A stretch of DNA of 61,503 nucleotides, the filler included, from Stramenopiles sp. TOSAG23-6 (taxonomy: Eukaryota), in NCBI GenBank assembly GCA_900128565.1. It is 4 parts of 4 records of this genome, joined end to end, with 100 filler letters (N's around TTAATTAATTAA, not from the genome) between each part and the next. Parts side by side here need not be neighbours in the genome. Positions count along the whole stretch, not along the records: positions 30,853 to 46,130 come from LT636121.1; 3 more parts are not named here. One strand, given 5' to 3'. A model generated the notes under the pieces. That model did not search any database, had not been told where the DNA came from, and saw only the letters and a program-made list of their open reading frames with translations. Numbering within the stretch: position 1 is the first letter of the stretch; every line of letters begins with the position of its first letter. The translations under genes were made by a program, and so were the position numbers. Positions 34,087-46,230 of this stretch are shown piece after piece.

Positions 34087-35382
34087 TCAGAAACCCATAT
34101 CTAAAAGGTATGCTTTGTAAATGGACATAAATTGAGCAACAAATGCTTCTAGATGAAAAATTACTTTGCTCCCATTCTGCAAATTATCAGCATAGTGTGC
34201 TGCCCAACGGCAAACTTCTGGCTTTAAATCTCCATCAGTTTTCTTTAAAAGTTCGATCGTCAATTGTCGTAGAATAATATCTGCTGGAATACAATTCACT
34301 AAAAGTTCGTATAATTTCTTGCGTACTTCCAATAGACGACGAGGAGTCTGTTCACTCAAAATATCAGTAGCCAATACTGCAATAAACTGTTGCCAGTCAG
34401 AACGGGCAATCGGTTGAGTTTTTTCAAATGGGTAACATCTGACTCTGCAAGCCTCTATGGTTAGCAATGCTACACGCATATTACGTTCACTTTGACGAGA
34501 AACACGCATAGCAAGTTCTTCGGGTAGTTTTAATTGTTCACGACGGCACACTTCNGAAAGAACTTTGCAAAGATCTTCATCACTTGGAGCTGCAACACGA
34601 ACAGCCAAGCAACGAGAACGAACAGGCTCAATAACACTTGATAAACTCGTGCATATCAAAATTAGTCGACAAGATGCGGCATACTTCTCCATTGTTCTAC
34701 GAAGAGCGTGCTGTGCTTCACGTGATAAACTGTCAACTTCAGTCAAAACTAAAACTTTGTACGCTGGTTTTGATTTTCCTGATTCAGTGGTTGTTGTGGA
34801 AGTATTTTGCTGCGCATTTAGCGATGCTAGAAGACCTAAAGAGCGATACTGTGCCATATCCTTGATAACTTCTTGAACTACAACACGATCATGGAACCCC
34901 GCATCTCCAGGGTTAAGCTCTGTGTGGTAGTTAGAACCGACGGAAGAAATCTCAACTTTTTTACCGGAAGGAGTTTTATACGACAATTGCTCAACTTTTG
35001 TTTTTGCAACACCAGGTCCAAATAATTCACGAAGTAGAGCATGTACGCGAGTCTTTTTGCCTGCACCAGAAGGTCCATAAAAAATCATATGTGGAATATC
35101 TCCTGTGGCTGCGAGGGTAATAAGTCGCTCGGATAACTCAGTATGGTAATCCATCCTACCAAGACGTTTCGGTCGGTGCTTATCTAACCAAAGCTTTTTT
35201 GGGGTATATATGTAAATAAAAGTGCATCATGATAAGTATAACTTTCATTATTACAAGAATATATTCTTTTGTGTATACTATTCGTGATATTCACGCCAAG
35301 ACATCGTGAAAGATAAAGTTGATCTCGTAAGGTTAAAAAAGTGTGAAAGACAAAGATGATGTATGTGTATAATACGTACCAT
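34087..35382 (-). CDS. RFC3: Replication factor C subunit 3 (yeast Rfc5 orthologue); exon 1 = ATG (35382-35380), exon 2 35193-34087
   Basis: M|LWLDKHRP, PHMIFYGPSGAGKKTR, AQHALRRTMEKY, SRC, IFHLEAFVA. Confidence 0.93.
35194..35379 (-). other. Conventional GT-AG intron after the start codon, not of the family
   Basis: ATG|GTACGT ... AAAAAG|CTTTGG restores MLWLDK; no family core. Confidence 0.75.
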
Positions 35383-35725
35383 GATGAAAAATACTAGTCA
35401 CGAAAATGCAATTAGTAGGGGGTGCTATTCAATGCAGAAGACTTGATGTCTATATTGATATAGCTCTGGCTACTGTCGAATGAAATAGTCGAGATTTGTG
35501 GTGATTTTGAAAGACTTCAGGAGGGACTTCACTCTCTCGAGAGAATCATCGATCGAAGGATATCGAATTTTTGATTGATTTTTGATTGATTTTTTTCGTT
35601 TGTTTCTGACCGCAATATAGTTACCCGGTACCCGCAAAAATAGAGTCACTCGTTTTTTATTGGCCAACACCTTCGAGACTTTTGTGTGTGAAAGTCTTTT
35701 TTAGTGACAATATTACTTTAACAGA

Positions 35726-36469
35726 ATGCGTAGAGAATATATCAATCTTGCTGGTCTCCGTACGGATGGTAGGCGACCACATGAGGTACGTAGAATCCGC
35801 ACTCGTATGGGTGTCCTCCCTCATGCTGATGGCTCTGCGTACTTTCAAATTGGAATGTGTAAAGTCTTGTGCGCTGTCTTTGGCCCGCGTCAAGCTGTTC
35901 ATAGAGGCCTTGAACTTCATGATCGCGCTATTGTAACATGTACCCACTCTTCAGCATCATTTAGCTCTACTGAATATCGAGAAAAACGTCGTGGTGGAAC
36001 GGATCGTCATAGTATAGAAATCCAAGATACAGTTCAACAATGTTTTGCGACAGTTCTTCGTACGAAAATACACCCAAGATCACAGATAGACATTCAGCTT
36101 CAAGTTTTACAAACAGACGGTGGACAATTATGTGCATGCATAAATGCAGCTACTCTTGCTCTGGCTGATGCTGGAATTCCTATGAATGATATGATCGTTG
36201 CATGCTCCGCTGGTGTGCTCGATGGAACTTTTGTCACGGATTTGAATTTTTTAGAGGAGTCATCGGGAAATCCTGTTGTCCCTATTGGCTTACTTGCTAG
36301 GTCAGATAAAATCTCTATGGTAAAAATGACGTCTAAAATACCACTTGAGAAGTTTGAAGAATTATTAAAGCAAGCACAAGGTGGATGTAGACAGATATAT
36401 CAAATAATACAGGGTGTCGTTCGTGAGAGAGCAACAAGACTACTCAGTGCCAGAGGTATTGTTGGTTAG
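35726..36469 (+). CDS. RRP41: Exosome complex component Rrp41 (RNase PH family)
   Basis: GLRTDGRR, ADGSAY, PRSQIDI, DGG...CINAATLALADAGIPM. Confidence 0.93.
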   Translation: MRREYINLAGLRTDGRRPHEVRRIRTRMGVLPHADGSAYFQIGMCKVLCAVFGPRQAVHRGLELHDRAIVTCTHSSASFSSTEYREKRRGGTDRHSIEIQDTVQQCFATVLRTKIHPRSQIDIQLQVLQTDGGQLCACINAATLALADAGIPMNDMIVACSAGVLDGTFVTDLNFLEESSGNPVVPIGLLARSDKISMVKMTSKIPLEKFEELLKQAQGGCRQIYQIIQGVVRERATRLLSARGIVG

Positions 36470-37042
36470 GGTTAGGGTTATACAGTCCATGGAAGAACAA
36501 ATAATACAGGGTTCGTGAGAGAGCAACAAGACTAGGAAGTCGTCCCCCCTATACCGACCACTTTTGATTTTGTACGAAAATCCGTACCTAAGCAAAAATT
36601 CGCCAAAAAATCATGTTTCCTATTCCGACCACCCTTAGGTACGGATTTCTCTATATCTTTTACTTCATATGAAATAGTGTATTCAACCTTGTGAAACTAC
36701 ATGATATTACTCACTGGGATACTAGTGCGCATGATAAATTGGAATACAATGTCTTAAAAGGCATTTATGCATTTCATTTTATGTTGTTTAGGATGATAAT
36801 TACTCTTGCTGACTAAATATTTTGAAGGACTTTGCTAGAAATATTGTCAGAAAGTGCCAAAATATATAAGAACTTTTTTTTTTTTGATCGATATTTTACC
36901 GATCTGCGCATTAGGTACAAAATTTCGTACCAAAAAAAAGTGGTCGGTATAGGATTCGGTCGGAATAGTAAACACAACTTCCTACTCAGTGCCAGAGGTA
37001 TTGTTGGTTAGGGTTAGGGTTATACAGTCCATGGAAGAACAA
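36401..37042 (+). repeat. ~100-bp tandem duplication of the RRP41 3' end; second copy carries a 5-nt deletion and the MITE
   Basis: 36401-36500 is repeated as 36498-36534 plus 36983-37042. Confidence 0.9.
36535..36982. mobile_element. Non-autonomous DNA transposon (MITE), 448 bp, TA target duplication
   Basis: TA|GGAAGTCGT...ACAACTTCC|TA; subterminal inverted repeats CCTATACCGACCACTTTT...GTACGAAA..GTACCTAA; empty site AAGAC-TA-CTCAG at 36436-36447. Confidence 0.9.
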
Positions 37043-37413
37043 GAACAAAGAGACGAGCCTCGTGTAGAGTATTTTTGTTAAATAGTGATAGTTTAACTCA
37101 TGGTCTTGTTTATCTAAACTAATGTTATCATTCTATTTTTCATTCCTAACATTTAAAATTTAAAAAGTTATAACTCCTTTTTGTTAGAAAAAAAAAAACT
37201 TGAAGAAGAGAGAATTTCTAAATTTTCGTGTTTTTTTCAAACTTTTTTTTTTTTTTTTTCTTGACCGTCGATCCAGCGATCAGCGCATTTTCGTTTTACC
37301 TCGTCCTACTTCTTAAACGTTTAACAGTATCTTATCAATAATACTGTCTTTTCTATTCGACAGTGCAACTACCATTGAGAGCTTGATTTTTACCTTGATT
37401 TGTACATAGAAGA

Positions 37414-39341
37414 ATGGGAAATGATTTTCAATGTTGCCGTCCAAGTAAAGAGGAAGATATTCCTTATTCTCTACTCGATAATCCAGATGACACCAATGGC
37501 AACTGTCACTTCTTCATTAAGCCAAAACAAAAACAGAGTAACATTTGGGATTTTGATTGTTACGACTTATCGACACCGCTCACCAAAAATGTGATTTGGC
37601 CGGATGATCCTATATTAAAAAGTCCATTTAGGAAACCATTTGATTTCCAAGTGTATCAGAATTCACCTGGAGCGAGTCAGGGAAAACTTCCAATGCCAAG
37701 GCATGGGCACAAACAATTATGGTTGTATATACGTAAAACTTCAGACAATAATGCTATTGGTGAAAATAAATATGACATTGAGAACTATGCTGACCCGGAT
37801 CAAAAACAACCAATCATCCGATCACAAACAGTCAAAGGTCAAATCTTGGGCTCAATAAGAGAAAGTGTACATTTTAACAAAAAAAATATAACCCTAACCC
37901 TAACCCTATATAATATACGAAAATTTGTACCAAACAAAAAAAAATTTTAAATATTTTTTCACATTACATGTACATATTAAAAATCTAGATGCTTCGCCTG
38001 CAACAGCAAAAGTGAGTACAACTGAAATAGATTTTGATCGTGCCACGCAATGTATTCGAGAAGCAAATAAATTAATAATTCGTGGAAATCAGGATGAAAA
38101 AGAGTATTGTAAATTCAGTAGATTTCAGATCACTTTTAAATATGTGATAGTATGTGGTGGGTCAAAAAAAAACAAAAAAACTGTTACATTTGAAGTGCAT
38201 GCAATTGGAGTTGTCGGCCAAGTTCCTTCGGCAACTTCAAATACATTCACACAACATGTAGGTTGCCATTATACTGTTGTCCAAAAAAAAAATTACTAAA
38301 AAAAAATAACCCTAACCCTAACCTAACAAAAAAATCAAAAAAAAATATTTTTTCACGATATCGGCGGTATTAGCAGGACTGCCCTGGGCATCTATTGGTA
38401 GTAACTCTAAAATAGAACCAAGTGGTACCACAGAGACTCATGACGTATCCAAAGGACGAAATTGGAATATCAGCATTACTCTTCCAATAGATGTATGTTT
38501 TCATCATTCGTTTCAATTTCGAATTTATTTTTTTTAATTTTTTTTTTAATTTTACGAAAAAAAAAATATTGCACCTAACGAATTTCAAACTTTCAAAGAT
38601 ATTTTTTTACATTGTCTCCTATTCAATCTACATTAAAGACAAGATTATCCGCAGGAGGTGGTGCAAATGCTCCACAATCTTCATCACTCGCAGATATTTT
38701 AGCTTCACGTCACGAAAAAACAATTAAAAATACTAAAAATACTAAAAATACTAAAAATACTAAAAAATCTCATAGAATTTGTGTAGCATATAAGAAAGTT
38801 GCAATACCTTGTGCAAGATTGGGAGATTCGCCAACGGAAAGAAAATTATCGTGGAATGAAAAACACACTCTAAAAGTTGACGATAATCCCGGTACCGCTT
38901 CTCAACCAAAAAATAGTAAATTATTGAGTTTTGCTGTTGGTTTCTGTATGATTAAAGCAGATTTAAATTTATATGAGTCATTACTGATTCGTCATTCAAG
39001 TGTACGTTTTGCATTTCATTTTTTTTTTTTTTTTTTTTTGGTTTTCGTACGAAATTTCGTACCTAACGAATTTCAAATTTCTGAAATATTTTTTCACAAT
39101 ATTTGGTGGTGTTATTAAACCAGATTGTTTCAGAGAAGATAACATTTTAAGGCAAAAGATATTTTCAAGTACTGGTGGTGCTCTTGAATCTGTAAGTAAT
39201 ATCAGTGTGATAAAAAATAAAACAAAACAAGAGGTAAAGAAAGCGACAAAACAAGGGGTAAAGAAAGCGACAAAACAAGGGGTAAAGAAAGCGACAAAAC
39301 AGGAGGTAAAGAAAGCGACACAAAAAATAGTAGATGTTTGA
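37414..39341 (+). CDS. Hypothetical protein (MG-start, possibly acylated), 5 exons (37414-37866, 37970-38257, 38364-38492, ~38618-39001, 39105-39341)
   Basis: Four family introns, all phase 0; MGNDFQCC start; KKATKQ(E/G)V repeats at the C-terminus. Confidence 0.7.
37867..37969 (+). mobile_element. Family intron, GT..AT, 103 nt, with internal CCCTAA repeats
   Basis: IRES|VHIK; TGTACAT direct repeat. Confidence 0.8.
38258..38363 (+). mobile_element. Divergent family intron, GT..CG, 106 nt
   Basis: CAT|GTAGGT donor; AAATATTTTTTCACGATATCG end; core replaced by AACCCTAACCCTAACCTAAC. Confidence 0.65.
38493..38617 (+). mobile_element. Divergent family intron, GT..CT (acceptor uncertain by 3-6 nt)
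   Basis: GAT|GTATGT donor, GCACCTAAC; no in-frame AG at the consensus position. Confidence 0.6.
39002..39104 (+). mobile_element. Family intron, GT..TT, 103 nt
   Basis: RHSS|GGVIK. Confidence 0.8.
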
Positions 39342-39728
39342 AAAAATGGAACAAACCTGCCTCCCGCGAAAATTGTCGTTACTTTTTGATGTTCGAAAAA
39401 TACGCTCAAGAAACTAATTGGTGGCTGTGAATTTTGTTCAAAACAAATTTTCATTGAAAATGTAAGTTGAACTTCTTTGATTTTCCCCTTTCACAAATGG
39501 AATGACTTCCCCGCCTCATTCAACCTCAAAACATTGTCACAATGTGTATGGTCCTATAACGGATGAGGTGGGAAAGTTTGAACAAAATTGGTTCGGCCAA
39601 TTTTTTTTAAAGTGATATTTTGTTTTTTTCCTCCATGCGTATCCAATTTACTCACCCGAAGACATCTTTCATATCTCACTTCACACTACAGAAAACTGCC
39701 CATTTTCCTTAACTTCATCAAAAAGTAA

Positions 39729-41096
<1,368 letters not shown>

Positions 41097-41220
41097 GTTG
41101 TGTTCAACTATTAAAATGTTGGTTTTTATTATGTCTTTTGGTGTGATAAATAAATCATTATAATTATGAGTATGATATTTATTTTTTCTTTTTTTTGTAC
41201 GATTTTTATAAATCATTTAC

Positions 41221-41775
41221 TCAATCAAAAAGACTCTGGCGTATGTCAGACGTGGAACTCTTTGGTTGGTGGGATAACTTTGACCACTGTGATGGAGGCC
41301 AAATGATATGAGTAGCTCTACCTTTTATCAGTCCCAACGGAACACTTTGGTAATTCCGGCTATCAGTACTTGACTTTGAGTTGTCTCCTTCAATCCAACA
41401 GTGACCAGCTGGTATTCGAAAGCAACGTCCGGTGTTTGGGCCATTCTTGGGTGTGACAAAATCTTTCTCCAACGCAACAATGCGTTTGATAACAAACGAA
41501 TTCCTAAAACCAATTCGCCCTCGTGGACGGTCTAATATTACTATATGCCCTCGAGCACAGTCCCTGGCTGAATATGAGCTATTCATCCATACAAAATTAC
41601 TCCATTTACCAACTGGATTTAAAGTAGGTGACATCGAAGAACCATCAACAAATACCGGGTATCCCACTTTGTCCCGTATAGTAAGCGCAATTGGGAAGAT
41701 CCAGAAGAAGGCTCCACAAAAGGCCTTTGCATCTTTGCCATATTTCCGTGACAAATTAACAAAAGCTTCAGCCAT
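41221..41775 (-). CDS. IMP2: Mitochondrial inner membrane peptidase subunit 2-like (S26)
   Basis: GSSMSPTLNP, IKRIVALE, HCWIEGDN, STDSR, IIWPP. Confidence 0.85.
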   Translation of the reverse strand: MAEAFVNLSRKYGKDAKAFCGAFFWIFPIALTIRDKVGYPVFVDGSSMSPTLNPVGKWSNFVWMNSSYSARDCARGHIVILDRPRGRIGFRNSFVIKRIVALEKDFVTPKNGPNTGRCFRIPAGHCWIEGDNSKSSTDSRNYQSVPLGLIKGRATHIIWPPSQWSKLSHQPKSSTSDIRQSLFD

Positions 41776-42140
41776 TGAGAAACTAAACTAATATATCAAG
41801 CAACTTTATATACACATGAAAGCATGTTATTTAGCTTATATATCTAATTTACGCAGTTCACTGTGAACAATGGATGATAACTGTAGGTGAAATATTAAAA
41901 AAATCTAATTCTCACTCTCTCGTAAAGTCATGATGTCGACATCGTTGAACAACAACACAAGGTTCTCACACAAGCGAATCGAGATTCTCAGATTCGAAGA
42001 ATAAATAATTGTGTCTTCATTTTCCCTTCATTTTGATGGCTCGATCTATCAAACTCAAAATTGGAAATTTGGAATACTAAATTAATCGCACAAGTTCGAA
42101 TCTATCTAAATCGGGCACTAAAATCTGATTCAAATAGGTA

Positions 42141-42629
42141 ATGGAAGGTTATGATCCTGATGTAAATGTAATGCCAATGATGGCAGTTATTAAAAAATTT
42201 GGTGTCAAGTGTGAAGAAGATCATCCAGAAGGAACTATGCCAAAGTATGGCTTCAAGTCAAAACACAAAAAAGGCGACTATGAAATTGGATTTGGTAGAC
42301 TTATGGCGGCTTGTGCGGATGGAATGCATATGGATTCATTAAATGGGACTTTGAAAAGAGCTGCCGGTAAATCTCGGGATTCACCTTATAAAAAAGAGAA
42401 CCAAAAAATAAAATTTGTCGGTAAAATGCTTATGCTTCCCCTAAACTATGACGCTGTTATACGCATGAATGCAAAATGGGTTCCAACAGATGAAGAAGTT
42501 TCAAACAGTAAGACTGCTTGTGGTAAAGGCATTGAACATGCCCGTGAAGGACTTATTAGTAATAATCTATCCGTGGAACCTTGCTTAGGCCTTAAAGGAA
42601 AAGGAACAGGAGCCTCAGGCTTCCAGTAG
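42141..42629 (+). CDS. Costars/ABRACL-like domain protein
   Basis: IGFGRLM...DSLNGTLKRAA...IKFVGKMLM resembles the Costars pattern FGxLF...LxGTLKAA...xxGELL. Confidence 0.55.
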   Translation: MEGYDPDVNVMPMMAVIKKFGVKCEEDHPEGTMPKYGFKSKHKKGDYEIGFGRLMAACADGMHMDSLNGTLKRAAGKSRDSPYKKENQKIKFVGKMLMLPLNYDAVIRMNAKWVPTDEEVSNSKTACGKGIEHAREGLISNNLSVEPCLGLKGKGTGASGFQ

Positions 42630-43029
42630 ATTAAACTGCTCAACTTTGATTTCTGCAATTTTTTCACCTTGGCTTTTTATACCAATAAAATATAGCAATT
42701 TAAACTTTTCTACTTTGATTGTTATAGCAATCGTGTAATAGTCAACTCATTGAATATTATTTCTATAGAGAAGTATGTAATTTACGATAATTGATAATTT
42801 TGTAATTTTTTTTCTATTATTATATATTATTTTTTTACGACTCAAAATTAGCAGGTTTGTGTGTGGGTGTGTCGAAGATTTTTTCTTTTTCATGGTTCAG
42901 AATCTCAGATTCTTTTTCAAATAGACACGTCGACGTTGCTACAGCTTTTGGTTGAAGTCTCGTACTACTACATTATCTGTTACGTTTGGTGCGTATACTA
43001 AATACCTTGTTCAATTGTTTGAATCAAAA

Positions 43030-46000
43030 ATGATAAAAGGCATATATCTGCAAAGAATAGATGGTTCTGAAATATACTTACCTCATATCCACCACAGTCC
43101 TGGAGATCTGGTCAAGAAACTCAAAGTAAACTTGATTAAGCTAGGACACGCACATGCAGGACACACTCAACTTACTTTTGGACGAAAATCTCTTGAAGAT
43201 GACAAAACACTTGGATTTTATGGTTTACAATCTGGTAGTGTCATTGCAGTAGAATCCACACATACATCATCACATTTGGATGTGTGTATCCATTCTAAAT
43301 CGTATGAATTAACCAGACTCAAAAAAGAATGTAACAATTTACGACAAAAGATTGACGATATGTCACTCCTATATGACTCCCAGTTAAAGCAAAAGAATGA
43401 AAATGTAAAGTCTTTTTCTGAACGCCATAAAGAAATACAAATAACAAAAATATGCACGCGCACGATATTTAGAAAATCCGTTGATAACTTTGCGTATGGG
43501 TTAAATATAAAAAATACAACAAAAGAAAATAACAAATATAAAACTGTAACTGTATACAACGGAAATCTTGTAAATGAGTTTTATATGTACAAAACTTTAG
43601 ATAAAAAGTCACAAGATGAACGTTCATACCACAGTAAAACATTTGATGAAATAGGTAAAGAGGCGATTTTATTTTGGGATCTTCTTTGTGACCGTGTCTA
43701 TTTTTATCAAACTAAAGATACAAACGATAAAGAGAATTCGAAAAAAAATTCAATTTGGCCTTCTCAGGCTCTTCTATCAGAGGCTTTTCAATATAACCAG
43801 AAGAAGCTTATTCTTAGACTATATGATCCATCCAAGTATAAAATAAGAGAAAGTAAAAGTTCCGAGAGAATAAACTATCAAAACTATAATAGATCAAATA
43901 AAACCCAAAAGAAAAATACTTCCGACAACATCAATATATTAAAAATTGCAGATAATTTTAATAAAGAAAATGCAAGCCTTGGATTACTTTTAGCAAATGA
44001 TGAGAATGAAAACGTCGTTAAAAGCAGTACAAATGCGTTAAATGGTAATACTAATAATTTGAAAACTAAAGAAACAAACAATGATGATGTACGTTTGATA
44101 TGAATTTCTAATTTAAGTTTTTTTTCATACGAAATTTCGTACCTAACGATTTTTTTAACTATTTTTTTTTTTTCACAATACATGTCCATAGTGAAATTGA
44201 AATGGCTCAAAAAAGCTTTACTCGACAGAAACGTCGTCGTATTAGAGTTGGACTCTGTACAATGACAACTGCTTTTATTTTTGTGATTATTTTACTCTGG
44301 AATGACGTATGTTTTATTTTTTTTTTAATGAATTTTTTTTTGTACGAAATTTTGTACCTAACAATTTTTTTTAGATTTTTTTTTGAAATATTTTTCCAAA
44401 ATACATGGACATAACATTTCTAGTTCTTCTGGGGTAAATAATGATTTTATCAATAAGCTTAAAAGTAAAAGTATTGACATTGATTATACAAAGGAAAAGG
44501 AAGAAATTTGGGAATGGATAGATAACAGTAAAACTATCGAGAATGGAAATTTAGTCACTTTTGACAACGAAAATTATAAAAAATGGACTTTATTTGGTCC
44601 TGTGTCATATACACAACATAGAGGTCAAGGTTTACTTAGTTGTATTACTGAAAAGGCTTTTGATGCTACAGAGAACCCTAATTGTCGATTATGTTCAGTG
44701 TACTGCCAATCAGAATTTGGAACGAATCAGTCGGTAAGTATGTTTTTTTTTTTCAAATTCGATTTTTTTTCATACGAAATTACGTACCTAACGATTTTTT
44801 TTTGAAATATTTTTCCAAAATACAACGTCTTTTGGTGCTTGGTGGTTAACACCTTTTACATTTGGAGGAAAGAAGACTTTGTCATTAGAACAAGAAACTA
44901 TTGGTATTATCGCAGACTATGGTTCAAAAGGCTTTCGTAGATCATCTTTTCCTGGGCAACTGCCTTTAGAAAAAGTGTATCATGATTCAGTATGGGAACA
45001 AATGAAGGTAGATTGGCTTGATGAGTACACCCGAGCAATATTTATTACTGCTTCTACATATCATCCAGCTCTCAATTTGTTAACAAAAATACAATCTGGT
45101 ATTGAAATGTCTGTGGGTGGAAATTCAGTATCAAACTTAAGTATTGATTCAGTTTTTTTAGATGATAGAAGTTCAAAAATCAAAATTATTTCATTTCTTC
45201 TTTTACCCATTGTAGCTATTTCACTAATCATGTATGTTTTATTTTTTTTCAAATTTGATTTTTTTTCGTACGAAATTTTGTACCTAACGATTTTTTTTTC
45301 AAATATTTTTCACTGCTCATAGATGTGATGCACTTGTTAGAAATCATTGGCTTACGATATCGTTACGTTTCGTCATATTTTTGGAATACGGCAATATGGC
45401 ACAACTTTGCAATTTATATCTTTATTTCGGTCTATGTATTTCATGAATTAAAAATCGATTCAGATCTTAAAATTCTTCAAGGAGATTGTGTTAAAATTCT
45501 TCTTAGACAAAATTACTTCAATGAAATTCTTAATGACCAAGAAAAGATCATTTACAATGAAATTCTGACAGAAAATGGACCTAAAACAACCTTGAATACA
45601 AGTATTTGGTCCCAAAAAGCACAATTAAAATGGGAAATTTGGTGGAACGAATCTAGAATAAAGGATTTTGATACGAATCTGCAAATGACTATTAACTCGT
45701 ATGAAAGGACTATCTCAGAACATAAACTAAATATGAATAATAATCTTACAGGAATTTCTGTAGCAAGACAAGTACAAGTACTTTTACTATCAATTTCATT
45801 CTATTTGATATTTATGAAATTGTACAGATTTCTCTTTAGAAGAAAAATATTGAAAAAAACAAATATTGAAAAATCAAAGTCGAAAAATGATTTCAACCGC
45901 GATATTTCAATGTATTTTATAATCGTACCGATACTATTTATATTACTACTAGTTGTACTCGCCGTATCTTTTATTTTGTGGATTGATATCAATGGACATA

Positions 46001-46080
46001 ATACGTACTTTAAAAATTTTTCAGGAATTATTATCGGTACATTGATAGGATTGTGTAGTAGTAAAGGGGGTATGGATTAT
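43030..46080 (+). CDS. Ubiquitin-like domain plus polycystin (PKD/TRPP)-like membrane protein, 3'-truncated; exons 43030-44088, 44184-44306, 44407-44737, 44826-45231, 45321-46080
   Basis: LTFGRKSLEDDKTLGFYGL (Ubl); WLDEYTRAIFITASTYHPALNLL (polycystin motif); several TM helices; phases consistent. Confidence 0.7.
44089..44183 (+). mobile_element. Family intron, GT..AT, 95 nt
   Basis: NDD|VHSE; ATGT direct repeat. Confidence 0.85.
44307..44406 (+). mobile_element. Family intron, GT..AT, 100 nt
   Basis: WND|GHNI. Confidence 0.85.
44738..44825 (+). mobile_element. Family intron, GT..AA, 88 nt
   Basis: AA|GTATGT...TACAA|; QSVT|SFGAWW. Confidence 0.8.
45232..45320 (+). mobile_element. Family intron, GT..AT, 89 nt
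   Basis: SLII|DVMHL; the AG 2 nt downstream is out of frame. Confidence 0.85.
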
Positions 46081-46130
46081 GTATGTTTTATTTTTTTTTC
46101 AATTTCGAATTTATTTTTCGTACGAAATTT
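46081..46130 (+). mobile_element. Family intron, 5' half at contig end
   Basis: AT|GTATGT plus TTTCGTACGAAATTT. Confidence 0.8.
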
Positions 46131-46230
46131 NNNNNNNNNNNNNNNNNNNNNNNNNNNNNNNNNNNNNNNNNNNNTTAATTAATTAANNNNNNNNNNNNNN
46201 NNNNNNNNNNNNNNNNNNNNNNNNNNNNNN
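46131..46230. other. Artificial contig spacer
   Basis: N-run with TTAATTAATTAA. Confidence 0.95.
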
